A stretch of DNA of 62,871 nt, from the NCBI GenBank assembly GCA_964549305.1, contig CAZJVM010000006.1:10201-73071 (forward strand), given 5' to 3'. The notes beneath the pieces are model-generated. The model ran no database searches. It was not told the origin of the DNA and was given only the letters and a program-made list of their open reading frames with translations. This stretch comes from an uncultured bacterium. GTDB lineage: Bacteria; Schekmanbacteria; GWA2-38-11; J061. Positions 1 to 10,304 of this stretch are shown piece after piece (the stretch's first letter is position 1; each line of letters opens with the position of its first letter). The position numbers were made by a program, and so were the translations under genes.

Positions 1-50
1 GCTTTGTTTAAACAAGAGACAACTAACTGATTTTTTAGGAGTTAAGCATA

Positions 51-938
51 ATGGACAATAACGCAATGAGAGAACAGATAGTCGAATATATTGAAACGGG
101 AGAAGAACTGCCTTTTTTCTCGGTTACGGTAAAGAAACTTCTCGATCTCACTGAGGACCCGGAAACATCCTTGTCAGAAATAGTAAGCGCAATGGATACC
201 TCCGTTGCGGCAACCACATTAAAAATGGCAAACTCCGTTTATTTCGGAGGCAGCAACTTCAGAAATATAAAATCACTTGAACATGCCATAATGGTAATAG
301 GGTTTGACAGTTTGAGGGAACTTGCGTTCAACGCTTCCCTCGTGTCGATGTTCAAGAAAGAAGATGACGAACTGAAGAAAATCATTCAAGACCATCTTGA
401 GCATTGTTTTCAGGTGGGAATAGCATCCAAACTTCTCGCTTCACTCTTTAATTATGAAAATAAAGCTCAATGTTACGTTGCCGGACTTCTGCACGATATA
501 GGAAAGCTTGCCATAGAAAAATATTTTAAAAAAGAAGCCCTTCAGATAAAAACCCTTCAGGAGGAAAACGGGCTATCTGATATAGAATCGGAGAGGACAA
601 TTCTGGGGATGGACCATATGGAAATCGGAGGAATTATGGGTGAGAAATGGAACCTGCCCGAAAGCATAGTTGAGGCAATAAGATGCCATTCAGACATAGA
701 AAAAGCAGAAATAGATAAAAAATTTGCCTCAATCATTTATATTTCCGACGAACTTTGTAAAAAAACTGAGGGAATATTTGATTTCAGAATTGTGAACTCT
801 CTCATAAACAACAACATACAGGGCGTATTTCCTCAACAGGATAAACTTAACGATGATTATCTTCAGGACCAGTTTGCAGCTAAATTTGCTCAGGAAACGG
901 AAAATGTTTCCTATATAATAGGGTCAATGCTGAAATAA
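51..938 (+). CDS. HDOD domain protein
   Basis: LKMANSVYFG, AIMVIGFD, AGLLHDIGK, ERTILGMDHMEIG, WNLPESIVEAIRCH motifs; AGGAG RBS. Confidence 0.9.
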   Translation: MDNNAMREQIVEYIETGEELPFFSVTVKKLLDLTEDPETSLSEIVSAMDTSVAATTLKMANSVYFGGSNFRNIKSLEHAIMVIGFDSLRELAFNASLVSMFKKEDDELKKIIQDHLEHCFQVGIASKLLASLFNYENKAQCYVAGLLHDIGKLAIEKYFKKEALQIKTLQEENGLSDIESERTILGMDHMEIGGIMGEKWNLPESIVEAIRCHSDIEKAEIDKKFASIIYISDELCKKTEGIFDFRIVNSLINNNIQGVFPQQDKLNDDYLQDQFAAKFAQETENVSYIIGSMLK

Positions 939-954
939 GCACTGCAATATTCAA

Positions 955-2172
955 ATGAAAAGAAAAGCAAAAAAAACAATATTATTCACATCGGCTTTTT
1001 CCTTTATCTTACTTCTAAGTTTTAACGTCTGTTATTATTTTCTCAAACCAACGGGATTAATTGTTTTTGCAGTAATTAACCTGCTTATTTCATCAGCGTG
1101 CTTTGCGCTTTCCTGGCAAATTTTAAATTATTCGCTTTTCTCTCACTTTAAAAGGTTAAACAGCGCAATTAAAGAAAACAAAAAAAAATCCGGTTTAATT
1201 GAAATCGAAAGTGATAAAACATCATTTCCGGAAGAATTTCATGTCCTCGTTGGAAATTTGAACTCATTTATTTCTCAATACGAAAAAAATATCCGTACAG
1301 AGACATCAGAAAACCTTCTTTTAGAAATTCGGAATAAAATAAGTACAATTGATGCTTCCCTTAAAAATACGGAACTATTATCTCCGGCAACAGATTCTGC
1401 TGAAAAAGTGCTGATGCATTTAGACGAAATACTGGGATGTAACGCATCAGAAAATGAAAAAATCACAGAAACTGCTATTGCCGCAACAAAAGGATTAAAA
1501 GCGGTCAGCGAAACAATTGACGGAATAAACAAAATAGCTAGTTCTTTTGAAGAAACGGAGTTTTCAATTTCAAGCCTTTATAAGAGAACAAATGAAATCA
1601 AAGACCTTATAAGTCAGATCGATGGTCAAATCGACCTGGCAAATCACCTTGCCCTGAATTCCGCAATTGAAGCGGCTCGAATAGGCGACGAAGGCAAAGG
1701 CTTTGCCGTCATAAGCAATGAATTAAAAAAACTATCCCAAAAAATATCTGAAACAACAAAAGAGATTAGAAAGGAAATCGAAGTTACCATGGAAGAAATA
1801 CAATCTGCCGTCGACAGGTTAGATGACGGCAACAAGAAAGTGGAAAGCGGAATTTCTTTGGGAAACAACGCGGCAAAGACAATGTTAAAGCTTGTAGACC
1901 TTATAGAATCGGTTAAAAACTCTTCTTCAGAAATATCTGACAAAATTCAATCAGGAATGGCAGTTACCGAAACGCTTCCGGATTTATCTGATATCAACGA
2001 ACAGTACACAAAACATATGAATAAAATTAGAGCAATGACGGCTTCTTTCCTGAAGGATGCCGGCACTGTAACTGACAAAACAGGCAACATCGATGATGGC
2101 AATAAAATAATTCCGTTAAAAGTTTCAGATTCGACAACAAAAAAAGCCGTTAGCAAGGTTGCTAAAATTTGA
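955..2172 (+). CDS. Methyl-accepting chemotaxis-like protein (two N-terminal TMs, no periplasmic sensor)
   Basis: LALNSAIEAARIGDEGKGFAVISNELKKLS signalling hairpin. Confidence 0.8.
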   Translation: MKRKAKKTILFTSAFSFILLLSFNVCYYFLKPTGLIVFAVINLLISSACFALSWQILNYSLFSHFKRLNSAIKENKKKSGLIEIESDKTSFPEEFHVLVGNLNSFISQYEKNIRTETSENLLLEIRNKISTIDASLKNTELLSPATDSAEKVLMHLDEILGCNASENEKITETAIAATKGLKAVSETIDGINKIASSFEETEFSISSLYKRTNEIKDLISQIDGQIDLANHLALNSAIEAARIGDEGKGFAVISNELKKLSQKISETTKEIRKEIEVTMEEIQSAVDRLDDGNKKVESGISLGNNAAKTMLKLVDLIESVKNSSSEISDKIQSGMAVTETLPDLSDINEQYTKHMNKIRAMTASFLKDAGTVTDKTGNIDDGNKIIPLKVSDSTTKKAVSKVAKI

Positions 2173-2219
2173 TTTTAACAGGCAGTTCAATAAATCTTTG
2201 AAAAAGAAAATAGAACGAA

Positions 2220-2984
2220 ATGGATTTAGCCGTCATTACAGGATTATTTCTCGGTATTGGATCTCTTTTGACATCTGTAATTCTCGAAAAAGGGCAATTA
2301 TCGGCATATTTTAATTTTGCCGCACTTCTCATCATTTTTGGCGGCACTTTTGCCGCAACAACAATAAGCACATCGATTAAAGACATTTCAAAACTCCCCG
2401 TGCTCTTAAAGATAGTTTTTACCAAGAAAAATGAGAATGCTTTTGGCGAAACTATAGATCTGATGTCATCTATCGCTTTGTTAATCAGAAAAGAAGGAAT
2501 CCTTGCCATTGAAAAGAGGATAGACGACATAGAAGATCCAATAATAAAAAAAGGGCTTCAAATGGTCGCAGACGGAGAAGATTCTGTGGTAATTTCCGAT
2601 ACGATTAATGCCGAAATAAATGCTATGGAAACAAGACACGAAAAAGGAATTAATATATTTTCTATGATGGGAGGATATGCGCCTACGATGGGAATAATAG
2701 GAACGGTCCTTGGATTGGTAAATATGTTAATGTCCCTTGGCACAAGCGGAGGAGAAAGTCTCGGAAAATCAGTAGCAGTTGCCTTTATAGCTACACTCTA
2801 CGGCATTCTTTTAGCCAATATAGTGTTACTCCCTATCAGTTCTAACCTGAAATTGAAAAGTTCTTCGGAAATTCTTGAAAAGGAATTGATACTTGAGGGA
2901 ATTCTCGGATTGCAATCCGGTTTGAGCCCAAGACTTGTAGAAGAAAGAATGAAATCTTTCATTGGGGATAATTCATTTTCTTAA
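2220..2984 (+). CDS. motA: Flagellar stator MotA
   Basis: IIFGGTFAA, RKEGILAIE, GGYAPTMGIIGTVLGL, AVAFIATLYG. Confidence 0.95.
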   Translation: MDLAVITGLFLGIGSLLTSVILEKGQLSAYFNFAALLIIFGGTFAATTISTSIKDISKLPVLLKIVFTKKNENAFGETIDLMSSIALLIRKEGILAIEKRIDDIEDPIIKKGLQMVADGEDSVVISDTINAEINAMETRHEKGINIFSMMGGYAPTMGIIGTVLGLVNMLMSLGTSGGESLGKSVAVAFIATLYGILLANIVLLPISSNLKLKSSSEILEKELILEGILGLQSGLSPRLVEERMKSFIGDNSFS

Positions 2985-2999
2985 TAGGATTAAATTTTA

Positions 3000-3755
3000 A
3001 TGACAAAAAGAACACGGAAAAAATCAATCTCGAATAATTCCTCAGAGCACAACAACAACGGCGGTTCGAGGTGGCTGCTTACTTATGCGGATATGATTAC
3101 TCTTCTTCTCATATTTTTTATAATTATGTATTCCATCTCTACAACAAGCGCAAACAGATTTGCAAAATTTGTACAAACGGTACAAAAAGGGTTTAGCGCT
3201 CTCCCTTACAAGAGTTCCGTACTGCCCGTTGGCAGCATTCCCGAAAGAAATGAGTCGCAACGTTCAGACATTGTGAACTATTTAAACGAAGAAATAAACT
3301 TTATGAAAGTAAAAGAAGGGCTGATTACCAAAGTTAAAAGAGAAATAGAAAACGGAGACATAGCAATTATTAATGAAGATAGAGGCTTAAATTTAAAAAT
3401 CAATACCAACATTTTGTTTGATAAGGGAACAGCTAAATTTACAAAATCCGCTGAATCAATTTTATCAAAAATCGCTTTAGTGATTAGCGACATCCCGAAT
3501 AAGATTAACATTGAAGGGCATACCGATAATACCCCCGTTATATCTGGTTTTTTCCCTTCTAATTGGGAACTGTCAGCTTCAAGAGCAACCAACGTAACAC
3601 GATATTTTTCCGAAAAGTGCAACCTTGATCCTTCCAGGTTTTCCGCTACGGGATATGCTCAGTTCAAACCAATATATAAGAACGATCCTGTCCTTGGAAA
3701 CAGCAAAAACAGAAGGGTTGAAATTGTCATACTTCTCAATTCGGATACAACTTAA
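3000..3755 (+). CDS. motB: Flagellar stator MotB
   Basis: WLLTYADMITLLLIFF; OmpA-like IEGHTDN...NWELSASRA...NRRVEI. Confidence 0.95.
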   Translation: MTKRTRKKSISNNSSEHNNNGGSRWLLTYADMITLLLIFFIIMYSISTTSANRFAKFVQTVQKGFSALPYKSSVLPVGSIPERNESQRSDIVNYLNEEINFMKVKEGLITKVKREIENGDIAIINEDRGLNLKINTNILFDKGTAKFTKSAESILSKIALVISDIPNKINIEGHTDNTPVISGFFPSNWELSASRATNVTRYFSEKCNLDPSRFSATGYAQFKPIYKNDPVLGNSKNRRVEIVILLNSDTT

Positions 3756-3767
3756 AAAAATAATATT

Positions 3768-4058
3768 ATGGTTGAGCGAATAGAATTAAAACAGATATCC
3801 GGCAATACGCAGGCAGCGGTAAAAATAACGCCTTCAAAAAGCGCGGAAAGAGATGAGAAGAGAAAAAATTTCAATCGCCAACTTCAAAAGGAACTAAGTG
3901 AAAAAGATAAGAAAAATGAAAAGAAAGAGCAAGATAAAAACCCTGACGATAATCTCAAATCAGATGAACAGATCGTAATGAAAAACCAGAATGATAAAGA
4001 GAAGAAAAAAGACTCCGTGGTAGACACTAAATCCGGAAAAATTGATATTTACATATAA
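3768..4058 (+). CDS. Small charged hypothetical protein in flagellar operon
   Basis: Co-directional 96-aa ORF tightly packed in operon; ends GKIDIYI. Confidence 0.6.
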   Translation: MVERIELKQISGNTQAAVKITPSKSAERDEKRKNFNRQLQKELSEKDKKNEKKEQDKNPDDNLKSDEQIVMKNQNDKEKKKDSVVDTKSGKIDIYI

Positions 4059-4080
4059 ATTTATTTAAAAGGAGAAAATA

Positions 4081-4344
4081 ATGGATACTTTGATGTATAT
4101 TCAAATCACAGGCGATATAGTGCTGATGATAACACTTTTTTTTCTTATGGCAAAATACTATTCAACTGTAAAAAGCCTGTCAAAGTGTACTCCCGAAAAT
4201 TCAAATGAAACAGTAAAAAATAAGACCAGATATAAAGAAGCGGCCAAACTTATCGAAGAAGGTATTTCCGGAGAAGACATAGCAAGGACCCTTCAAATTC
4301 CTACAGCAGAAGTAAAACTAATTAAAAACTTAAAATCTCTCTAA
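4081..4344 (+). CDS. Small membrane-anchored flagellar-associated protein (DUF2802-like)
   Basis: N-terminal TM; C-terminal HTH-like GISGEDIARTLQIPTAEVKLI; AAGGAG RBS. Confidence 0.6.
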   Translation: MDTLMYIQITGDIVLMITLFFLMAKYYSTVKSLSKCTPENSNETVKNKTRYKEAAKLIEEGISGEDIARTLQIPTAEVKLIKNLKSL

Positions 4345-4352
4345 ATCTCACA

Positions 4353-5372
4353 TTGTTTTTAAATAAACTTGCTTCCACATTAATTCAAACTCCTCAGAAT
4401 TCCGCTGAAGTAGCCAAAAGACTCTTTCAGGGGATTTCGCAGGAAAATATTTTTGAAGGCAAAATCGAACAAGTTTTGTCAAATGACAAAGCAATTGTTT
4501 CGACGGATAAAGGTCGTTTCGTGGCACAGATAAATACAAAAGTGCTTGAAGGCGAATCTATTCTTTTTGAAGGCAAATTCAATAAAGACAGCATAATTTT
4601 AAAAATTCTTGACCGGACATTTGCCGAAAACAAAGACAACCTTTTAAGAATATCCAATTTTCTTGAACAAGTTTCCGGTAACGTAATGCAATCGTCCAAA
4701 GACAATCAAGTCAATGACATCCTGAAACTAATTTTTAATATGAACACCGATTTAAAAAATATGTCCGACACAAACAAAAACAACCTCAGTGCGGATTTTG
4801 TAAAGCTTTTTACAAATATTTTTAAACATCCCGATGAAATATTAAGTACACTAATAAAAAAAATTAACAGCCATTACCTTCAAAAAAACAAACAATCAGC
4901 GTTTCTATCGGACAAAAAATTAAAACAATTGCTTTCAATGTTTTTAGCATCGGGAGCAAAAAACTATCTTTCATCTCTCTGCGATAATCCCGTATACAGT
5001 TATTATATTCCGCTTTTTTGGCAAAACGAGAAAACCGAAATCTATATCACTCTTTTTGGTGAAAATAACAAAAGACAAAAGGGACCCGAAAAAGGAATTA
5101 ATGCAGTCATCCAAATAGCGCTTTCCGAAAAAAGGATAGTATCGTTTTCAGTGCATCTGTTAAAGGGAAAAGTATCCTACCATATTTACTCAAATGACAA
5201 GAGTTTTAACGATTTTTTAAAAGATCATCAATTAACCCTGAATAAAAACATTAATGAAACAGGATTGGAAATTGAAAGCGAATCAATCAACACCTTCAAA
5301 GACGAAAAGGGATTTATAAAAGAAGAAATAATCAATAAACTCTCTTCCAAAAGAGTTAGAGTGGTTGCATAG
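4353..5372 (+). CDS. FliK-like hook-length control protein
   Basis: Directly upstream of standalone FlhB-C gene; C-terminal beta/alpha pattern like FliK-C; start codon uncertain. Confidence 0.55.
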   Translation: MFLNKLASTLIQTPQNSAEVAKRLFQGISQENIFEGKIEQVLSNDKAIVSTDKGRFVAQINTKVLEGESILFEGKFNKDSIILKILDRTFAENKDNLLRISNFLEQVSGNVMQSSKDNQVNDILKLIFNMNTDLKNMSDTNKNNLSADFVKLFTNIFKHPDEILSTLIKKINSHYLQKNKQSAFLSDKKLKQLLSMFLASGAKNYLSSLCDNPVYSYYIPLFWQNEKTEIYITLFGENNKRQKGPEKGINAVIQIALSEKRIVSFSVHLLKGKVSYHIYSNDKSFNDFLKDHQLTLNKNINETGLEIESESINTFKDEKGFIKEEIINKLSSKRVRVVA

Positions 5373-5382
5373 GGAATATACA

Positions 5383-5676
5383 ATGAACAAAAAAGCTGTT
5401 GCCCTAAAATATGAGCCAAAAACACACGATACGCCCTTTGTTTCCGCTAAAGGGATAGGCGTCCTTGCGGAAATGCTTCTGAAAAAGGCAAAAGAAAATC
5501 AGGTGCCTGTAAAAAATGACCCTGTTTTAACTGATATTTTGATGACTATTGATTTAGGAAATTGCATTCCGGAAGAATTATTCAAAGTCGTTGCCGAAAT
5601 CCTTGCTTTCATTTACACTCAAAATTCCAAATATGAAGAATTAATAAATAATGATTCCTTTCCTGATAAACTCTAA
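5383..5676 (+). CDS. Standalone FlhB C-terminal domain protein (EscU/YscU/HrcU family)
   Basis: KAVALKY...PFVSAKGIG...IPEELFKVVAEILAFIY. Confidence 0.9.
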   Translation: MNKKAVALKYEPKTHDTPFVSAKGIGVLAEMLLKKAKENQVPVKNDPVLTDILMTIDLGNCIPEELFKVVAEILAFIYTQNSKYEELINNDSFPDKL

Positions 5677-5717
5677 CTGTAATTTCAATTAATTCTTCTA
5701 TACCTTTTCAGAATCCT

Positions 5718-5755
5718 CGATTTTTTTGCCTAATCGCTTAGGTAAAAAATGCCTA
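5718..5755. promoter_or_regulatory. Inverted repeats; candidate sigma54-activator binding site or terminator
   Basis: TAGGTA-AAAAA-TGCCTA near-palindrome (5739-5755) plus an upstream TTTTTGCCTA half-site, about 95 bp before the sigma54 box. Confidence 0.4.
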
Positions 5756-5835
5756 CCGAACAGATTCCTTATCCAATAATTTATATAACTATTTGATATA
5801 TAAGATGTTTTATGATCGCAATTTTTCATTAAAAT

Positions 5836-5851
5836 TGGCACGAAACTTGCA
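5836..5851 (+). promoter_or_regulatory. sigma54 promoter of flgF operon
   Basis: TGGCAC-GAAAC-TTGCA, exact -24/-12 consensus. Confidence 0.9.
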
Positions 5852-5886
5852 AACATCATGACTTGACAATTTATACAGGATAAAAA

Positions 5887-6648
5887 ATGGATAATGGAAT
5901 TTTAATATCGTTATTGTCATCGAAGAAGTCCGAGGCAAAATTTGATGCAATAGTTCAAAATATTGCCAATGCGAGCACTGTTGGTTACAAGGCAAACAGA
6001 GTTTCTTTTGATGCTTTAATGGCTAAGCTTTTAAATACATCACCATCAGCCTCTAACGACAACCAGCCCTCTATTACCGGTTCTCCATATGCCGAAATTG
6101 ATAACAATATCCACTCAATAACGGACTTTTCCGGTGGTAAAACATATTACACCGGCAATCCTCTTGACATTGCAATTAAGAATGAAGGTTTCTTTAAAGT
6201 TAATTCACCTGAGGGAACAAAATATACAAGAAACGGAAACTTCACTTTGGACAATGCCGGACATCTGATTACATCCGAGGGTTTCTCAGTGCTGGGAGAT
6301 GCAGGTGAAATTGTTCTGAGAGATGGAAATGTAACAATAGGAAATGACGGATCTATAAAATCTGGCAAGTCTACCGTAGGAAAAATAGCTCTTGTAAATT
6401 TTAAAGATTTATCTCTTTTAAAAAGAAACGGAAATACCTTTCACCTTCCCAAAGGAATGGAAAACCAGGAAATTGCCGCAAAAGATGCATCAGTAAATCA
6501 GGGATACCTTGAACTTTCCAATGTTAACATAGTGCAGGAAATGGTGAAAATGCTCTCTGTGGTTCGGGCAAACGAGTCTTATCAAAAGATAATCGCGACT
6601 TTCAACACCATTAATTACAAAGCTTCAAATGAACTGGGAAAATTTTAA
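5887..6648 (+). CDS. flgF: Flagellar basal-body rod protein FlgF
   Basis: NIANASTVGYK, TGNPLDIAI, YTRNGNF, LELSNVNIVQEM; precedes flgG. Confidence 0.9.
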   Translation: MDNGILISLLSSKKSEAKFDAIVQNIANASTVGYKANRVSFDALMAKLLNTSPSASNDNQPSITGSPYAEIDNNIHSITDFSGGKTYYTGNPLDIAIKNEGFFKVNSPEGTKYTRNGNFTLDNAGHLITSEGFSVLGDAGEIVLRDGNVTIGNDGSIKSGKSTVGKIALVNFKDLSLLKRNGNTFHLPKGMENQEIAAKDASVNQGYLELSNVNIVQEMVKMLSVVRANESYQKIIATFNTINYKASNELGKF

Positions 6649-6676
6649 AAATTAAGAATAAAAGGAGGGATCTTTT

Positions 6677-7465
6677 ATGATCAGAGCATTATGGACGGCA
6701 GCATCGGGAATGGAAGCGCAACAGTTAAATATTGACGTAATAGCCAACAATCTTGCCAATGTAAATACCGTTGGCTTCAAAAGAAGCAGAGCGGATTTTC
6801 AGGAACTTCTTTACAAGACGCTTCAGACTCCGGGAAATTCATCCTCGGCTACGAGTGAAATACCCACAGGCGCGCAAATAGGCCTCGGTGTAAAGCCTGT
6901 TGCCGTACAAAAACTTTTCTCTCAGGGAGATTATCAGCAAACAGAAAATCCGCTCGATGTAGCTATTGAAGGAGATGGTTTCTTTCAGGTTCTTCAACCA
7001 AACGGTGAAATCGCCTATACGCGTTCGGGGTCCTTCAAGAAAGACAGCGAAGGCCAGCTCGTTACTTCTGACGGTTATCCAATGGAACCGTCAGTCTCAA
7101 TTTCAGCGGACACTCTTTCGGTAACAATCGGAACCGACGGAACGGTATCTGTAATTGAAGCGGGATCCGACACTTCAAATGTCGTAGGACAAATAGAGCT
7201 TGCAAAATTTTTAAACCCTGCAGGCCTTAAAAGCATTGGCAGAAACCTCTTTCTTCCTACAAGTTCATCAGGAGATGTTGTTACGGGAACACCGGGGCAA
7301 ACGGGATTTGGAACTTTAAACCAGGGATATATTGAGATGTCCAACGTTAATGTAGTGGAAGAAATGGTAAATATGATAATCGCGCAAAGAGCGTATGAAA
7401 CCAATTCAAAGGCGATTACCGCGGCAGACCAGATGTTGCAGCAGGCAAATAATGTAACAAGGTAA
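6677..7465 (+). CDS. flgG: Flagellar distal rod protein FlgG
   Basis: [16 protein letters not shown]...[20 protein letters not shown]. Confidence 0.97.
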   Translation: MIRALWTAASGMEAQQLNIDVIANNLANVNTVGFKRSRADFQELLYKTLQTPGNSSSATSEIPTGAQIGLGVKPVAVQKLFSQGDYQQTENPLDVAIEGDGFFQVLQPNGEIAYTRSGSFKKDSEGQLVTSDGYPMEPSVSISADTLSVTIGTDGTVSVIEAGSDTSNVVGQIELAKFLNPAGLKSIGRNLFLPTSSSGDVVTGTPGQTGFGTLNQGYIEMSNVNVVEEMVNMIIAQRAYETNSKAITAADQMLQQANNVTR

Positions 7466-7481
7466 TTGAAAAGGTAACAGT

Positions 7482-8468
7482 ATGAAAACGAATATAGGAT
7501 TAAGGATATTTCTTGTAATATTGTGTTGCTTCTTTGCGATTGCTTTTTTTTCAATAAATATTCACGCGCAAGATCCAATACAAGTTAAAGCAGATAAAGA
7601 ATACAGCATAACGGGAGATAAAATTTATCTGTCAGACATCGCTTCAATAAGTGGTACCGACAAAAAAACGATACAAAACATGGGAAACATCGAAATAGGT
7701 TATTCTCCCTATGTTGGAATGACAAGAAATATCGATTCAAAAGAAATTGAAATTCGTTTAGCCCAATATGGTTTTAATCCCCGGCTTATGGATTTAGACA
7801 TACCGGAAAAAATCTATGTAACTCGAAAATCTCTTATTCTCAGCGCCAATGAAGTTGAGCAGAAAGTAAGGGACTATTTTGAAAAACAAATTGTTTCCAA
7901 TCCGGATATTAAACTGAAAAGAATAAGAGGCGCCCGGAATCTTAAACTACCTGCAGGAAACATCAGAACAGAAACAGAAATAGTGAGAAAATCACTTTCG
8001 GGGAACAACTATTCCATTCTCTTTTCGGTATTTGTTAACGACAAAAAATCTGCTTTTTTACAAATGTCCGCTGATGTGGAAAAAATAGTAAATGCAGTTG
8101 TTGCCAGGAGAAAAATTTTCAGAAATCAAACGATAACAGAAAATGATGTGGTTCAGGTTCGCAAAATAGCGGACATTAGGGAAAAAAATACCTTTGCATT
8201 TACAGATGATGTCATCGGTAAAAAAGCTACCAGATTAATCGACATTAACAAACCCATCTCCACGAATATGGTAGAAGACATTCCTCTGCTTGAAAGGGGA
8301 GACAGAGTTTTCATTAAAGTTTCTTTAAACGGGATGATGATATCGACTTTAGGTGAAGTTTTAAACAAAGGCTTCATCGGCAAATCTATATCAGTCAGAA
8401 ATATAGACTCCGGAAAAATAGTTAACGCTATTGTTTTAAGCAAACAGGAGGTAAAAATTGCCTTATAA
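7482..8468 (+). CDS. flgA: P-ring chaperone FlgA
   Basis: Signal peptide, SAF-like region, C-terminal SVRNIDSGKIVNA; gene order. Confidence 0.88.
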   Translation: MKTNIGLRIFLVILCCFFAIAFFSINIHAQDPIQVKADKEYSITGDKIYLSDIASISGTDKKTIQNMGNIEIGYSPYVGMTRNIDSKEIEIRLAQYGFNPRLMDLDIPEKIYVTRKSLILSANEVEQKVRDYFEKQIVSNPDIKLKRIRGARNLKLPAGNIRTETEIVRKSLSGNNYSILFSVFVNDKKSAFLQMSADVEKIVNAVVARRKIFRNQTITENDVVQVRKIADIREKNTFAFTDDVIGKKATRLIDINKPISTNMVEDIPLLERGDRVFIKVSLNGMMISTLGEVLNKGFIGKSISVRNIDSGKIVNAIVLSKQEVKIAL

Positions 8469-9174
8469 AACAACCAAAATATTTTTCTTTATTCCTTTTC
8501 TGTTTGTTTTCGTAATATCCTGCGCAAGCGGTCCTTCTTCACAGCCAAAACATATAGAAAAAATCAATGTGGCGGAAACAGCATTAACGGAATCTAATGC
8601 AGTCACATACGCTAATGGGTCTCTTTGGTCTGACAACGGTTATAACAGTGATCTTTTTTCCGACAGAAAAGCGGCAAAGGTGGGTGATATAATTACCGTT
8701 GTTGTCCAGGAAACTGCATCGGCAAATAAATCTGCATCTACAAAAGCAAGCAAAGACTCATCAATTGAGAGCAGTGCGTCGGCGCTTTTCGGATTTGAGA
8801 AAGCCGTTCAGCTAAGAAATCCCAATTTTACTCCCGGAGGGCTGATGAAAACCGAGCACAAAGATTCATTTGACGGACAAGGAAAAACTTCAAGGTCGGG
8901 GGATTTTAAAACTACGCTCTCCGCGATAGTCATAAAGGTTTATCCCAATCACAACCTTCTCATAAGAGGAAGCAGGGAAATAACATTAAACGAAGAAGAA
9001 CAGATTATCACCTTGAGCGGCATAGTAAGGCCCGAAGACCTTTCTTTCCAAAACACCGTAAACTCGACTAAAATCGCAAATGCTAAAATTACCTATACAG
9101 GAAAAGGAGTTATTGCAGATAAACAACATCCCGGTTGGGTGACAAGAATCATCGCCTGGATTTGGCCATTTTAG
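8458..9174 (+). CDS. flgH: L-ring lipoprotein FlgH
   Basis: Lipobox VISC; GSLW, DRKAAKVGDIITV, LSGIVRPED, ends IWPF. Confidence 0.95.
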   Translation: MPYKTTKIFFFIPFLFVFVISCASGPSSQPKHIEKINVAETALTESNAVTYANGSLWSDNGYNSDLFSDRKAAKVGDIITVVVQETASANKSASTKASKDSSIESSASALFGFEKAVQLRNPNFTPGGLMKTEHKDSFDGQGKTSRSGDFKTTLSAIVIKVYPNHNLLIRGSREITLNEEEQIITLSGIVRPEDLSFQNTVNSTKIANAKITYTGKGVIADKQHPGWVTRIIAWIWPF

Positions 9175-9185
9175 AAAAGAACATT

Positions 9186-10295
9186 ATGAAGACACTTAAA
9201 AAAATATTGCTACTTTTTTTTATCTTTGAACTTTTTGCTTCCACAGGAGCAAACGCGGTAAAAATCAGAGATTTGTCTTATATAGAAGGACTTAGGGGAA
9301 ATAAACTCATAGGATATGGTTTGGTAGTGGGACTAAATGGTTCCGGAGATAAACAAGGAACGGAATTTACCATACAATCCCTTACAAATATGCTCAGAAC
9401 AAATGGAATTCTAGTATCGCCTAATGATGTAAAAGTTAAAAATGTTGCTGCCGTAATGGTCACGGCAGAACTTCCTCCTTTTCCCAGGACGGGTATGAAA
9501 GTAGATGTATTGGTTTCTTCAATAGGTGACGCAACCAGCCTGCAGGGCGGAACACTTCTTCTTACTCCGATTAAAGGCGCTGACGGAAAAGTTTATGCCG
9601 TTGCCCAAGGTCCCCTGTCTATTGGTGGTTTTTCCGCAGGAGGAGCAGGAGGTGAAAAGGTTCAGAAGAATCATCTCAATGTGGGCAAAATTCCGGAAGG
9701 GGCTATAGTAGAAAGAGAAATACCCTATAATTTTGCTGATAGTTCAAAAATAACCTTTTCCTTGAGAAATTTTGACTTTACGACAACAAACAAGGTTGCC
9801 CTGAAAATCAATGAATTCGCGGGAAATGCTATTGCTTTTCCCGAAGACGCAGTCAATATTAGCGTGAATATTCCCGGTGAATACAGAAGCAATCTCGTAC
9901 AGTTTGTTTCTTTAATAGAAAATCTCGATGTTACGCCTGAAATTCCCGCAAAAGTTGTAATCGACGAAAGAACGGGAACCGTGGTAGTGGGAGAGGATGT
10001 AAGAATATCTACACTCGCTATTTCTCACGGAAATTTAACAATAGAAATTAATTCGAAATTTAAAATCTCACAGCCTTCACCCTTTTCGAAAAATGGTGAA
10101 ACAATAGTAGTACCCGAAACGAAAACTTCAATTAATGAAGAAAAAGGAAACTTGATACTTATGGAAGGCGGTATCAGCATAAAGGAATTGGTCAGGGGGC
10201 TTAATGCAATAGGAGTAACTACCAGAGATTTAATAACAATATTTCAGGCAATAAAAGCGGCCGGCGCTTTACACGCTGCCCTTGAAATCATCTAA
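9186..10295 (+). CDS. flgI: P-ring protein FlgI
   Basis: LIGYGLVVGLNGSGD, KNVAAVMVTA, SLQGGTLLLTP; start set at ATG 9186. Confidence 0.97.
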   Translation: MKTLKKILLLFFIFELFASTGANAVKIRDLSYIEGLRGNKLIGYGLVVGLNGSGDKQGTEFTIQSLTNMLRTNGILVSPNDVKVKNVAAVMVTAELPPFPRTGMKVDVLVSSIGDATSLQGGTLLLTPIKGADGKVYAVAQGPLSIGGFSAGGAGGEKVQKNHLNVGKIPEGAIVEREIPYNFADSSKITFSLRNFDFTTTNKVALKINEFAGNAIAFPEDAVNISVNIPGEYRSNLVQFVSLIENLDVTPEIPAKVVIDERTGTVVVGEDVRISTLAISHGNLTIEINSKFKISQPSPFSKNGETIVVPETKTSINEEKGNLILMEGGISIKELVRGLNAIGVTTRDLITIFQAIKAAGALHAALEII

Positions 10296-10304
10296 TTCAA
10301 TAAA

